Part shown: positions 50,405 to 61,019 of the stretch, one piece after another | Layout of the letters: every line of letters begins with the position of its first letter | How positions within the stretch are numbered: position 1 is the first letter of the stretch | Assembly (NCBI GenBank): GCA_963841435.1 | Contig: CAWJCS010000005.1 | Coordinates: 864,001 to 928,000 of the forward strand | Direction: 5' to 3' | Length of the DNA stretch: 64,000 bases | From: an uncultured delta proteobacterium | GTDB lineage: Bacteria; Myxococcota_A; Polyangia; Polyangiales; Polyangiaceae | Position numbers and translations under genes: made by a program | The notes under the pieces: model-generated | Databases searched by the model: none | What the model was told of the DNA's origin: nothing | Seen by the model: the letters and a program-made list of their open reading frames with translations, nothing else

Positions 50405-51513
50405 TGGAACACCCAGTCAACAAACGCCTCTCCGCCGACTGCGCCGCCAAAGCCACCCACTACGATGCCCGCACCGGCGCCCCACGGTCCGCCGAGAGCG
50501 CCGACCTCCCCGCCTGCCCACGCGCCCGCATACGCTCCACCAAGTCGCCCGGTCGCTTCTGCGCCTGCGCGCAAGCGCGAGCCCGCGGGCGCCGTCGCGA
50601 CGCCAACAACTTCCACACTGACCCCAGCTACCAGTCCTACAGTTCCACCAACACGGAGCAACCTGCCACCGACGTTGAAGAGCCTATTGGTTTTTGTGGG
50701 GCTCAGATTAGTTGCGACGTACCCAGAAGCAACCCGGGCCGCCTTCAGCCGTTCCGTGAGCGCGCGACCAAGCGACGTTTGTCGCGACAGAAACTCTGCC
50801 TTGAGGGCATCACGTTCCGCCCGCGTCGTAGCGCTTCTCACCAAATCCTCGTACTGCCCGCGCAGTTCACCCGTGCGGCGGAAGAGTTCTCCCGTGCTCG
50901 CCGCCACATCCGGCAGGTACTGTGCGAGCGCGTCCTCAATCCTTTCTCTGTCGGTGCGCGCATCCGAATCGGGCTGTGCCTCGGCGCCGGAGCGCGAAGG
51001 GGCCTGTGGAGCTTGCGGTACGAGGCTCAACTCGACAAGCGGCGCCGGCGTTCCCGCCAGCGGGAAGGCCGAAGGCGGCTGGGCGGGCGACCATTCGGTG
51101 AATGGATCGGCCTCCGTGCCCGCGTTCGAGTCAGGCGGCGTGGCCGTGACGGTCAGGCCGGAGCCTGCCCAGTCACGGTGAGCCCGTACTCGTCGGGCAC
51201 GACCTCCTCGTTCTCCAGCCCCGTCGGATCCACCCACGCGAACGGATTGTTCCACGCGTAGGCAAAGCGGTTCCAGCCCTGGCTCCAGGCCGGCGCTTGG
51301 ACGATGGGATCGGGCGTCGTGAACCGGGCGATGCGCGCATCGTACAAGCGCGCTCCCATGTTGACGAGGCCCGTCTCCGGATCGTGCTCGTGGCCGGTGT
51401 AGCCGCGGGTGACGCGGCGTACGGCGGGGTTTTGGGATTGCCAGCTCGGGTTGTCGACGGTGCCGAAGGGGCCGAAGCGCTGCTCGTGCAGGAGGGTGCC
51501 GGCTTGGTCGGTG
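50398..51513 (-). pseudogene. Orphan RHS cassette 3 (core plus Gly-zipper-like C-terminus; frameshift at ~51168)
   Basis: GYTGHEHDPETGLVNMGARLYD..DPTG; GGAYAGAWAGGEVGALGGPWG tail. Confidence 0.8.
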
Positions 51514-51680
51514 CTTGGATGCTCCCCCGTCGGAGTGCGGCGGGGTTGCGCCCGGCGTGCTCGCTTCGCTGCGCGCGCCGGGGGCCCTCTTGCCTGTGCT
51601 CGCCCGGCTCCGACTTACGGAGACTCACGGCTGGCCGGGCTGCGCGCTGGCGAGGGTCCCGGGTACGGTGGGCGACGCGG
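51514..51680. repeat. Conserved non-coding element abutting the orphan RHS core, copy 1
   Basis: Similar to 54222-54388 with an identical junction. Confidence 0.8.
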
Positions 51681-51797
51681 GACCGGAGCCGTGTGGGGCG
51701 GTGCGTCGAGCCGTTGAGGTGCGACTCAGACTGCTGTTGTGTCGAGGTGACAGGTTGCACGCTCCCGCTCAACGGAACCGGAGCACCCGAGCAGTCA

Positions 51798-52115
51798 CTA
51801 CTCACCCTCAAAAAAAGGTTTGCACACCCGAGCTACCTGGGCTTCGTCGTTCGCGTCAAGAAACAAGACGTCGAGGTGTTGCTCCTCGTCGAAGATCCCG
51901 GCGAAGATCGCCCCTACGTCCTTCACGAACCTTTGTGCTGGGCGCCATTCCTACAACGCAGAGAGCAACTCCCTCCTCCATGCACGGCGCGCATGACGCG
52001 TTGATCCGAGAAGTTGAAAGAAATGGTTCTTCAGCAGCCGCTCCGGAGAGTCGTCCTGTTCCGCTATGAACCGCACCCCACTCCCGCGTGCAACTCTCCC
52101 ATAGTCTCCGTTCAA
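51798..52115 (-). pseudogene. Degenerate paralogue of 54497-54841 (SseB C-terminal-like)
   Basis: VRFIAEQDDSPERLLK...FDEEQHLDVLFL...RVCKPFF, with frame breaks. Confidence 0.7.
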
Positions 52116-52504
52116 GTGCCAAACCTCTTCGCGTGCTCGAAAGCGTCCGACATGGATTCGAAGAGGGTCGCCCACGCGATGACTTCAGTGAGCTCCAGGC
52201 TGAATGAATCAGTTCTGAAGGTGGCCTCGTCCAAGATTCTCGACGCGAACACCTGTGTCGGCCAATGCGATATCGGATAGACAGTCTCTCCTTCGTGGCG
52301 CGCCGAAAGAACCAGGTGGTCAACCTCTCTGTCTCCGAGGCCAAACCGCTGTCCGCTCAGGGCGGGGTCCATCCTAATCAGCAGATGGTACTTGCCGTTC
52401 GAGTCGAGCAGAGCCCTGAGTGCCCAGCACCGCCGGGGCGCACCGAGTGGCTCGTACTCTCCGGCGGCGGTTAGAAAAAATCCGGCTGGGAGAGAGTCTT
52501 GAAT
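52112..52504 (-). CDS. Orphan paralogue of immunity gene 54838-55230; start unclear
   Basis: FFLTAAGEYEPL..PRRCW...LVLSARHEGETVYPISHWP...IAWATLF. Confidence 0.7.
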   Translation of the reverse strand: MQDSLPAGFFLTAAGEYEPLGAPRRCWALRALLDSNGKYHLLIRMDPALSGQRFGLGDREVDHLVLSARHEGETVYPISHWPTQVFASRILDEATFRTDSFSLELTEVIAWATLFESMSDAFEHAKRFGT

Positions 52505-52551
52505 GAAAGGCAGGAGCGTGACGGGCCGAGCGCCGGCAACGTGTAGGGTCG

Positions 52552-53100
52552 TTAGTCTTGAGCCCAGACGAGCTTGAAGTCGAGGCCTGTCAGGTCGTGC
52601 TCGCGAACCAGGTCGACGAACATATCCGTGAAGTACGTAATCCCCATCGGGTGACTCCTCACCTTGAACAGATGTAGGCCCTTGAGGCAGTCGGCGCGGA
52701 AAACGGGTTTGCGGACTCGCAGGATTCGATTCCCAGGCTCCACGGAACGAAGGAGGTCCGAACGCTCCTCGTCGAGCGCGTCGACGAGCCGGGTGACATT
52801 GAAAACCCACACTGAATCGCTATCGCTCTGCAGCGGGAGAATCTCACCATAGTCCTGCACGACTCTCCCAAGCTGCTTGAGCGCCCGTGGCCGCAACAGC
52901 AGATCACCCGGTCCAGCAGGCATGTCGGTGTGCGCGCGAGGGCGACCTCGCTCGTCAACGGTGACTGTTCGGACCCTGACAGGTTCCCAGCCTTGCGCCC
53001 GCGAGCTACCATCAAACCTCAGTGTTTGATGGCCTTCATCATCCTCGGGCACGATGCAGTCGGTGTCGTTCCAAGAGACGCTTTGAAACACCTTAATCAC
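52552..53100 (-). CDS. Imm11/DUF1629-like immunity protein
   Basis: GEILPL..FNVT..VDALDEERS...LTGLDFKLVW; overlaps the stop of the AHH toxin. Confidence 0.75.
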   Translation of the reverse strand: MIKVFQSVSWNDTDCIVPEDDEGHQTLRFDGSSRAQGWEPVRVRTVTVDERGRPRAHTDMPAGPGDLLLRPRALKQLGRVVQDYGEILPLQSDSDSVWVFNVTRLVDALDEERSDLLRSVEPGNRILRVRKPVFRADCLKGLHLFKVRSHPMGITYFTDMFVDLVREHDLTGLDFKLVWAQD

Positions 53101-54221
53101 GGAAAGCCTCCAGCCCTCAACGAGTACCCGATATCATCGAGAATTTGCAACGCTTCAGCGCGACTGCCCGCGGCACTCAACGCCTGACTCACGGCCCGTC
53201 CGTATGCGGCCCCGAAGGTCTGGTAGTGAGCTTCCGGACTCAGAAAGAGGCCGTTGCGCGCGTCGTTGATGCTGATTCCGAACCTGCTTAGCACATTGCG
53301 CGCACCAGCTGCGGCGGGCTCCGCTCCGGGAACGATATGGTGCGCGTGCCAACCTGGAGGACGAGTCTGGCCGGCTGCTTCCAGAGCTCGCCCGAGCCGC
53401 CGTGAACTCGGCCTCTCCGGAAAATCCGCCTCCGCGGCTGAACGCGGCGGTTTTGGCGGAACTGCCGCTCCACCCCCCGACGCCTCCGCCAGGTACTCAT
53501 TGGACTTCTGAACCGTTTCTTCTTCGGTGCTCTCCGTTTGGCTCGCGTTGGAAGGGATCAAGACGATCGAGACACCCGCCCGATCGGCCCCAAGAACCGC
53601 GCTACTCCCGGCCCCATCCCGAGCGGCAAGCGCGGTTGGACGAATGGGCCAACGAAGCTCACCAGCGGAACGCCAACGTCGGATCCGTCTTCCCCATATT
53701 GTTCGCCTTCTGCGGGCAGTCCGGGTGTCGCTGTTGGAAGCACAAGTGGAGGGGTCGCTTCAGACAACGGAAAGTCCGAAGGGGGCTCGGCCGGGAAAAA
53801 CTCCGCGAGCGGGTCGGCAACGGGGGTCTGGTTCGCATCGGAAGACGTCCCCCCACCGAAGTCGCTCTGGTGAACGGTTAGACCCAAATCAGCTGGCTCG
53901 CCGTTCATCGTCGGCTCGCCCTCCAGCCCCGTCGGATCCACCCACGCGAACGGATTGTTCCACGCATACGAATACCGATTCCAAGCCTGGCTAAAGCCCG
54001 GTGCCTGCACGGTCGGATCCGGCGACGTGAACCTTGCGATGCGCGCATCGTACAAGCGCGCTCCCATGTTGACGAGGCCGGTCTCCGGATCGTGCTCGTG
54101 GCCGGTGTAGCCGCGGGTGACGCGGCGCACTGCGGGGTTTTGGGATTGCCAGCTCGGGTTGTCGACGGTGCCGAAGGGGCCGAAGCGCTGCTCGTGCAGG
54201 AGGGTGCCGGCTTGGTCGGTG
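53097..54221 (-). pseudogene. Orphan RHS cassette 2 with AHH (HNH-fold) nuclease tip (frameshift at ~53580)
   Basis: RHS core..DPTG; WHAHHIVP...FGISINDARNGLFL. Confidence 0.85.
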
Positions 54222-54388
54222 CTTGGATGCTCCCCCGTTGTGGGTGCGGCGTGGGTGCGCCCGTCGTGCTCGCTTCGCTGCGCGCGCCGGGGGCCCTCTT
54301 GCCTGTGCTCGCCCGGCTGCCCTGAACGGTGATGCACGGATGGCCGGGCTGCGCGCGGGCGAGGGTCCCGGGCGCGACGGGCGGCGTC
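54222..54388. repeat. Conserved non-coding element abutting the orphan RHS core, copy 2
   Basis: CTTGGATGCTCCCCCGT...GTGCTCGCTTCGCTGCGCGCGCCGGGGGCCCTCTTGCCTGTGCTCGCCCGGCT. Confidence 0.8.
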
Positions 54389-54496
54389 GAGAGGGAAGGG
54401 CCGTGCAAGCGCTCAGGCAGTCCCTTCCGGACCGTAGCTAACGTAGCTACAGTCCTACAAATGCAGCACTTTTCGGGGGGCAGGCCAGTCAATCCC

Positions 54497-54841
54497 TCAC
54501 CGGGTGCTCTCGTAAAAAGGTCTACACACTCGCATCACCAGCGCTTCCTCCTCGGGGTCAAGAAAGAGAATGGCAAGGTGCTGCTCCTCGTCGAAATGCT
54601 TCGCGAAGACCGCGCCCACACGTGACACAAAGGTTGAGCTTGGAGAAATACCACTAACGCAGAGAGCAACTTCCTCTTCATGGCCCATGGCTACCCTGAC
54701 CAGGTATGCGCGTTTCAAGTGGTGCGTCGCCGCGAGGAGTTGAACAAGCTGGTCCTTCAACAACCTTTCGGGAGGACCGTCCTGTTCCGATAGGAACCGC
54801 ACGCGGCCCGGCTGCGGTCTTCTGTGCTTGCCCACAGTCAA
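54497..54841 (-). CDS. SseB C-terminal-like small protein
   Basis: LKRAYLVRV...EEQHLAILFLD..RVCRPFY; overlaps the upstream immunity gene. Confidence 0.55.
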   Translation of the reverse strand: MTVGKHRRPQPGRVRFLSEQDGPPERLLKDQLVQLLAATHHLKRAYLVRVAMGHEEEVALCVSGISPSSTFVSRVGAVFAKHFDEEQHLAILFLDPEEEALVMRVCRPFYESTR

Positions 54842-55230
54842 CTACCGAACTTCCTCGCGTGTTCGACTGCATCCGAGATTGATCGGAACAGCGTCGCCCA
54901 GGCGATGAGTTCGATTTGTTCCGAGGTAAAACGGCCGGCGTGAAAAACAACTTCGTCCAGGACTCGAGACACAAAGACTTGTGCTGGCCAATGCGATATC
55001 GGATAGACGGTCTCACCTTCATACCGCGCGGAGAGAACCAGGCGTTCAATCTCCCGGTTCCCGAGGCCGAGCTGTTGCCCACTCAGGGCCGGCCCGATCT
55101 CAACGAGGAGATGATCGTGCTGCCCCGAGTCGCGGAGAGATTTGAGCACCCAACAGCGACGAGGGGTGCTGAGTGGCTCGTACTCTCCAGCAGAGCTCAG
55201 GAAGAAATCGGGCTGACGCTGCAAAGACAA
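54838..55230 (-). CDS. Putative immunity protein for RHS-CT1
   Basis: Starts 10 bp after the RHS stop with GAGGA RBS. Confidence 0.7.
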   Translation of the reverse strand: MSLQRQPDFFLSSAGEYEPLSTPRRCWVLKSLRDSGQHDHLLVEIGPALSGQQLGLGNREIERLVLSARYEGETVYPISHWPAQVFVSRVLDEVVFHAGRFTSEQIELIAWATLFRSISDAVEHARKFGS

Positions 55231-55239
55231 GTGCTTTCC

Positions 55240-57963
55240 TCAGAAGGGTGGGTTGACTCCCGAAACTCGAAGTAGTTCCACTTGCGCGGCGGGGTTTGGG
55301 ACCACCACCTCCGGTATCGTGCCGCCCACATTGCCCGGGCCGGGTAGCGCCCGAGCGAAGGATACGCCTTCCGTGTTTATCATCCTACCCTCGGCAACAA
55401 ATGTCCCCGCATTCTCGGGGAACAACCCGGCGGCCTGTCGGTAGTTCGGCACGCTGCCGGGGTTGACGGTTGTCCAGGACTGACCCATGCCGCGCGCTTG
55501 CCCACCAAACACTCTATATACCCTTGCCCCAGACGCCACAGCAGCCGACTCGAAGGCCGCGCCTTCGCGAATTATGCGCGCCAAGCGCAGTGCACTGCCG
55601 CCGAGGGGTAATAGCGCCTCAAGTGGTATGGACTTCAGTGGTTTTTCGCCGGACACGAGATCCGCGGCCCGCTCCCGCCACCGCCGCTCACCCGGCGTTT
55701 CCGCGCCCGCCTGATTGAGGATGTTCGATGTGCGCGCGAGAGCCCGCTTGCCCGCCGTCGGTCCGCACGACGAGACGCTCGGATCGCACGAGGTATCGGC
55801 GAGCGCCTGATTGAGGATGCCCTGCACGTACTGCTCTTGGGCGGTCGGGGCGTGGGCCTCCGAGGGTGGCGGGAGCACGAGGGGAGGGGTTGCCTCGGAT
55901 AACGGAAAGTCCGAAGGGGGCTCCGCCGGGAAAAACTCTGAAAGCGGGTCAGGTGCCGGCGTGGTGTTAGCGTCGGGCCCGGTTGGTGAGGCGGATATCG
56001 GTCCGAACGGACCTTCCTCCATGCCTCCGGCCGCGTCGTTGTAGCTCCAATTATCGAGCCCCGTCGGATCCACCCAAGCGAACGGATTGTTCCACGCATA
56101 CGAATACCGATTCCAAGCCTGGCTAAAGCCCGGTGCCTGCACGGTCGGATCCGGCGACGTGAACCTTGCGATGCGCGCATCGTACAAGCGCGCTCCCATG
56201 TTGACGAGGCCGGTCTCCGGATCGTGCTCGTGGCCGGTGTAGCCGCGGGTGACGCGGCGCACTGCGGGGTTTTGGGATTGCCAGCTCGGGTTGTTGACGG
56301 TGCCGAAGGGGCCGAAGCGCTGCTCGTGCAGGAGGGTGCCGGCTTGGTCGGTGAAGGCCACCGGGCTGCCGAGTTGGTCGGGGTGGAGGTAGACGCGGCT
56401 GAGCTCGGCGTCGTTGGCGCCGCGGACGATTTCGAGGATTTCGCCGGTCGGGGAGAAGATGCGGTACTTCTGCTCGATGGCGCCGCCCCCGGGGGAGATG
56501 CTTCGCTCGTAGTCGCCCGAGTAGTAGACCGCGCTGCCGTCGGAACGGGCCTTCCTCGAGCGCTCGCCGCTCGACTGGTAGTCGAAGGCGACGTAGCCGT
56601 TGTTGCCGAGGTTGACGCGGGATGGGAGCTGACGGGCGTTGTAGGTGGTTGTTTGCGAGCTCGTCACCACCCCGGCCCCGCTGGCGGTTTGACGGAAGCC
56701 CGTCGGGTACGCGGAGTTGTAGGTGTACTGGGCGCCCCCGGCGCCGTCCGGAGCATGTGCGGGCAGAGCGCCGGGGTTGTTGTAGGTGAATTGCGAGGGT
56801 GAGATGCTGCTCAGCGTGTCGATGTTGCCGTTGGGAAGGTAGTCCGCGTGGAACGACGACGTACCGTTGGTGGTTACGTCCGTGAGACGATCCAGCGTGT
56901 CGGGGCTGAAGGCTTCGAAAACGTCATCAGGGGAGTGCGTGAAGTCATCGCGTTGCGAGAGGTTGCCGTTGGGATCGAAAAGGAATGACATAGCGAGCGC
57001 CAAACCGCCGGCGCCACCGGCAGCGCGATAGGTCTGGACACCCGAGATGTCCCCGGTCAAGGGCCAGTATGATGTGTCGGTATACATGGCACCGACGCTC
57101 TCTCGTTTTGGCCGCTGGCCTTGGTCCGCGTCGAGGAGCTGCCAATACGCCTCCGACAAACCGGGTGACCCGACGGCCTTGAGGTTCCCGCCGTTGTCGT
57201 ATGAGTATTCGACCTGAAATGGGGATGGCCCGCCAGGATAGGTGACCGTCTTCACTTGACCGACCACGTTGTAATCGAACGTGGTGGTCATCGTTTCCGA
57301 CTGGACGGTGTCGGTCACTGTTTTCAAGAAGCCGCGATTCAAGAAGCTCGTCGGTGCCTCGTAGGTGAAGTCCCGACGCGCGCCATCGTGGCTCGTGGTG
57401 CTGACGAGACGGCCGATTCCGTTGGGCCCACCAGCGTCGTCGTAGGTGTACGTTTCGTCTTGAGCCTCGAGGCTCGACGACACTCTATCGAGTCTGCCGA
57501 CCACGTCGTAGTGGTGCTTTCGGATTTCCGTACCCTGGCTTCCCACCAGGTAGCTGTCGAGCTCTCCCCAGGGCGTGTACAGATAGCGCTCGACGCCGCG
57601 ATCCGGGCCTTCAGCTCGGGTTAGGCGACCATACCGATCGAAAAGGACGCTGGTCGTCGAGTCGACCGCGCTGACGCTGCTGAAGGTGCCGAATGGTCCA
57701 GCATTGAACGTCACCCAGTTCCCGGCTGGATCGCGTGACGCCACCACGTTGCCACGGTGATCGCGAACCGCAATGCTCGTATTTCCATTCGGATTCTTGG
57801 CGGACGAAAACCAGATGTAGTTGTTCGGCAACGAATTCAGGCCGAGTCCCTCCAGGGAAACGTTGGCGCGCGACGCCCTGGCGAATTCGATCGTAGAGCT
57901 GTTGGCCAACGTGATCTTGCGCAGCGCGCGGTCGTCGTCGTACGCATACTGAATGATGCCCAC
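55240..57963 (-). CDS. RHS/YD-repeat toxin, 5'-truncated
   Basis: YD repeats, YLHPDQLGSP, RHS core, DPTG, variable tip. Confidence 0.9.
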   Translation of the reverse strand: MGIIQYAYDDDRALRKITLANSSTIEFARASRANVSLEGLGLNSLPNNYIWFSSAKNPNGNTSIAVRDHRGNVVASRDPAGNWVTFNAGPFGTFSSVSAVDSTTSVLFDRYGRLTRAEGPDRGVERYLYTPWGELDSYLVGSQGTEIRKHHYDVVGRLDRVSSSLEAQDETYTYDDAGGPNGIGRLVSTTSHDGARRDFTYEAPTSFLNRGFLKTVTDTVQSETMTTTFDYNVVGQVKTVTYPGGPSPFQVEYSYDNGGNLKAVGSPGLSEAYWQLLDADQGQRPKRESVGAMYTDTSYWPLTGDISGVQTYRAAGGAGGLALAMSFLFDPNGNLSQRDDFTHSPDDVFEAFSPDTLDRLTDVTTNGTSSFHADYLPNGNIDTLSSISPSQFTYNNPGALPAHAPDGAGGAQYTYNSAYPTGFRQTASGAGVVTSSQTTTYNARQLPSRVNLGNNGYVAFDYQSSGERSRKARSDGSAVYYSGDYERSISPGGGAIEQKYRIFSPTGEILEIVRGANDAELSRVYLHPDQLGSPVAFTDQAGTLLHEQRFGPFGTVNNPSWQSQNPAVRRVTRGYTGHEHDPETGLVNMGARLYDARIARFTSPDPTVQAPGFSQAWNRYSYAWNNPFAWVDPTGLDNWSYNDAAGGMEEGPFGPISASPTGPDANTTPAPDPLSEFFPAEPPSDFPLSEATPPLVLPPPSEAHAPTAQEQYVQGILNQALADTSCDPSVSSCGPTAGKRALARTSNILNQAGAETPGERRWRERAADLVSGEKPLKSIPLEALLPLGGSALRLARIIREGAAFESAAVASGARVYRVFGGQARGMGQSWTTVNPGSVPNYRQAAGLFPENAGTFVAEGRMINTEGVSFARALPGPGNVGGTIPEVVVPNPAAQVELLRVSGVNPPF

Positions 57964-58180
57964 GTCGCGTTCGCCCCCACCGCCGTCGAGCGAGTCGGCG
58001 TGACCTCGGGCGACTCACCGCTCGGCAACCTCGCAGCCACGGCGGTCCGCCACGCCGCGCTCGCTGATCTTTCGGTGATCGGCGCGTCGTCGCTGCGATT
58101 CGACCTGCCACCCGGTCTCGTCGAGCCCGAGACGCTCGGTCGCGTCCTGCCGTTCGCCGATCCCGTCGTCCTTTCCCGCG
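57964..58180 (+). pseudogene. 5'-nucleotidase C-terminal domain fragment
   Basis: GDSPLGNLAATAV...LRFDLPPG...VLPFADPVV. Confidence 0.65.
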
Positions 58181-58268
58181 ACATCTGCGCCTTCATCCCG
58201 CGAGCATACCTCGACTACTCCGAAGGTACGAAGAGCGCGTTCCGAGACGGTGTAAGCTCACGGTTGGC

Positions 58269-59216
58269 ATGGCACTCACGGCGCACCCCAGCACTAGAGC
58301 CACGCTCGAGGAGGCGGTTTGGATCGATCTCTTCAACGCGACGGACGAAGAGCGCAAGCGGGTCGAAGCCGTCATCAAGCAGACCCTGCCCACGCAGGCG
58401 GACATCCAAGAGATCGAAACCTCGAGTCGCGTGTACGTCGAGGGCGCGACGCTCTACCTATCGACGCCCCTGCTCACGGGCGACCAATGCATCACCGACG
58501 GCCCCACGTCGGTCGGCTTCGTGCTCACCCCCTCGCTGCTCGTTACCCAGCGGTTCGCCGCCATCCAAGCGTTCGAGGCGGTGGCGCGCCGCTACGACAA
58601 AGTCGAAAAGCCGAGTGCGAGCGACGCGTTCTTGAAGCTGCTCGAGGTCGTCGTCGACCACGCGGCCGACGCCCTCGAGCACGCAGGGGCCGAGCTCGAA
58701 ACCATCTCGCATCGCGCCTTCGGCGGCGAGCCATCGACGCGCGACAAGCATGCGGAGACGGCCAACGAGCTGCGCGGCGCGCTGCGCCGTCTCGGCAGCC
58801 TGGGCGACGGCATCTCGCACCTGCGCGACTCGCTACTCGGCATCAGTCGTATCGCCGCCTTCGTGCACGAGACCGCACACGAAACGCACTTCAGCGGCGC
58901 ACTTCCTCGCCTCAAGGCGATTCGCAGCGACATCAGCTCCCTCAACGACTACCAAGCTCACCTGTCCGCCAAAATCCAATTCGTACTCGACGCCACGCTG
59001 GGTTTCATCAGCATTCAACAGAACGAGATCGTCAAGACCCTCACCATCGTCTCCGTCGTCGGCGTTCCCCCGGTGCTCATCGCAGGCATCTACGGGATGA
59101 ACTTCAAGTTCATGCCCGAGCTCACTTGGCACATCGGCTATCCGTTCGCGCTCGCGCTCATCGTGCTCAGCACCCTCCTGCCGCTCGGCTGGCTCAAATG
59201 GCGCGGCTGGATGTGA
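58269..59216 (+). CDS. corA: CorA family Mg2+/Co2+ transporter
   Basis: VWIDL, QNEIVKTLT, GIYGMNF..MPEL.W..GYP. Confidence 0.93.
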   Translation: MALTAHPSTRATLEEAVWIDLFNATDEERKRVEAVIKQTLPTQADIQEIETSSRVYVEGATLYLSTPLLTGDQCITDGPTSVGFVLTPSLLVTQRFAAIQAFEAVARRYDKVEKPSASDAFLKLLEVVVDHAADALEHAGAELETISHRAFGGEPSTRDKHAETANELRGALRRLGSLGDGISHLRDSLLGISRIAAFVHETAHETHFSGALPRLKAIRSDISSLNDYQAHLSAKIQFVLDATLGFISIQQNEIVKTLTIVSVVGVPPVLIAGIYGMNFKFMPELTWHIGYPFALALIVLSTLLPLGWLKWRGWM

Positions 59217-59240
59217 CTCGGCGGGCGAGAGGGCCGAGAG

Positions 59241-59870
59241 TCAGTCGGTGCCGTCCAGCTGCCGCACCAGGCGTTCGACGCGCAGCATCGCTCGTAGGTT
59301 GCCGGTGCGATGCGCATGGTCCATCGCCGCGAAAAGGTGCGTTTGCTCGACATACAAGCGTTGGGGTTCGCGCTCGAGCAGCGAGACGTAGTGCTCGAAG
59401 ACGCGGTCGTGGGAAATGCGGGCGCGGGGCTTCACGACGTGCCGTACACGGCGTGCAAGGTGAAGCGTCCCGTGGCGGGCTCTTGGAGCAGGCGAAACGC
59501 GCGCAGGCGCTCGAGCGCGCGGCCGGCGTTCGTCGTCACGCGCGCAAGCCTCGCCAGCGAGGCCAGATCGACGTGGTCGCCTTCCACGTGCGCGAGCACG
59601 CCGAGCATGCGGCGACTAGCGGGCTCGAGCCGCCGCCAGGCCCAGTCGAAAAGCAGTGCTACCTCGGGGAGATCGTCCTCGTGCTCGATCGCCACGACGC
59701 GCTCGACGCCCTTTTTGCGAAGCGCGGCACCGAGCCCCGCGCAGGTTTCCGCGCCCGACGCGACGATGCCGTCGGCGATGTCGAGCGCGAGCGGATTGAA
59801 GCGCAGCAGCCAGCGGCCCCGGCCCGCCGACTGGATCGCATTAGACTCGATCGGTCAACTGCGTGGGCAC
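59241..59870 (-). pseudogene. Fragment of a STAND/NB-ARC-like protein
   Basis: LFDWAWRRLEPASRRMLGVLA...LLQEPATGRFTLHAV; frame break at ~59440. Confidence 0.5.
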
Positions 59871-59957
59871 GTCGGCTCGCTCGTCGAATCCGCTTTGCGC
59901 TTCCTATCCGCCGACGCAGCTCTCTCAGCCCATGACGCAAACCTCGAGCCCCGGCCT

Positions 59958-60707
59958 TCAGGGTATGTCGCAGGTTCCGGGGTCGCACGGCGGGTCCTGG
60001 CCGCATGGCAGCCGGCAGCTGCCCGACTCCCCGCTCGCGCAGGCCACGGAGTACGTCGTCCCGGGGTAGGAGGTCGAGCCGGTGGCGATCGCGCGGCCTT
60101 CGCTGTCGACCCACGAAACCGTGGACGATTCGCAGCCCGCCCCGACGGTCGTGGTGCGCGTGTAGCAGGTTGCCCCCCCGGGGGCATGCACAGTGGTGAT
60201 GACCTGATCCCCCGGCATGCAGACTGCCGACTCGGTGTACTCGTATTTGACGTAGACTCCGTTCGTGTAGCAGGCGGCGAGCGGCCGATAGTTTTCATCC
60301 ATCTGGACCACGCAGGCGCCTTCGAGCTTGCACGAGGCCGCGAGGTCCGTGAGGCACTGTGGAGGCAAGTTGGGTGTCCCGCCGGTGCCCCCGGCTCCGC
60401 CGGAGCCCCCGCCCGCGGTTCCCGCGTTACCTCCGGTCCCGCTACTGCCGCCCGTGAGCGCGCCCGCGTCGCCCGCCGTTCCCGCATCGCCAGCGTTCGG
60501 CGAGGCTGCGTCGCCGCCCGCAGCGGTCCCGGAAGCGCCCGCCGTGCCGCCGCTGGCCCCAACGTGCCGCTCGCTCGAGCCGCCGCACGCCGCGAAGACG
60601 GCGAAGCTGGCCGCCAGCACGAGCAGTCGCGCCCCTGAGTCGTGCGGCGTGCGCACTCCGGCGAGGGCCCAATAGCTGCCGAGCCGTGTCCCCACCCGTC
60701 GCCTCAT
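59958..60707 (-). CDS. Gly-rich, Cys-rich lipoprotein
   Basis: FAVFAAC lipobox, Gly/Thr/Ala linker, multi-Cys C-terminal domain. Confidence 0.7.
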   Translation of the reverse strand: MRRRVGTRLGSYWALAGVRTPHDSGARLLVLAASFAVFAACGGSSERHVGASGGTAGASGTAAGGDAASPNAGDAGTAGDAGALTGGSSGTGGNAGTAGGGSGGAGGTGGTPNLPPQCLTDLAASCKLEGACVVQMDENYRPLAACYTNGVYVKYEYTESAVCMPGDQVITTVHAPGGATCYTRTTTVGAGCESSTVSWVDSEGRAIATGSTSYPGTTYSVACASGESGSCRLPCGQDPPCDPGTCDIP

Positions 60708-61019
60708 CGCTTCCGATGCTGTACGCAGCGACGAGGGTTGTCCAGCACCGGAGTCTTTTAGACGGTACGTATCTTGCGCGGACGGCATCGGTGGCTGTGG
60801 GAGGCGGCGTCAAACGACTTGGGTTCCGCCGGCGCCTCCCCCCGACGACGAGGTATTCACTTTGTGAGAGTCCAACAATCCGTTGAACTCTCTCAAGTCG
60901 TTCTGCAGATGCGCCAAGTGCGCTCCGATGACGTTCGACCAGCTCGAGCAGCAAGTCGAGGCGTTCTTGGGGTGTCAGATCGGCGTAGAACTGATCGTCG
61001 GACTGGTCGGCAGGAAAAG

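Noticed and set aside
51240-56350. Diversity-generating retroelement (template/variable repeats in RHS cores)
   Set aside because: No reverse transcriptase in the window, and the differences between cores are not adenine-specific.
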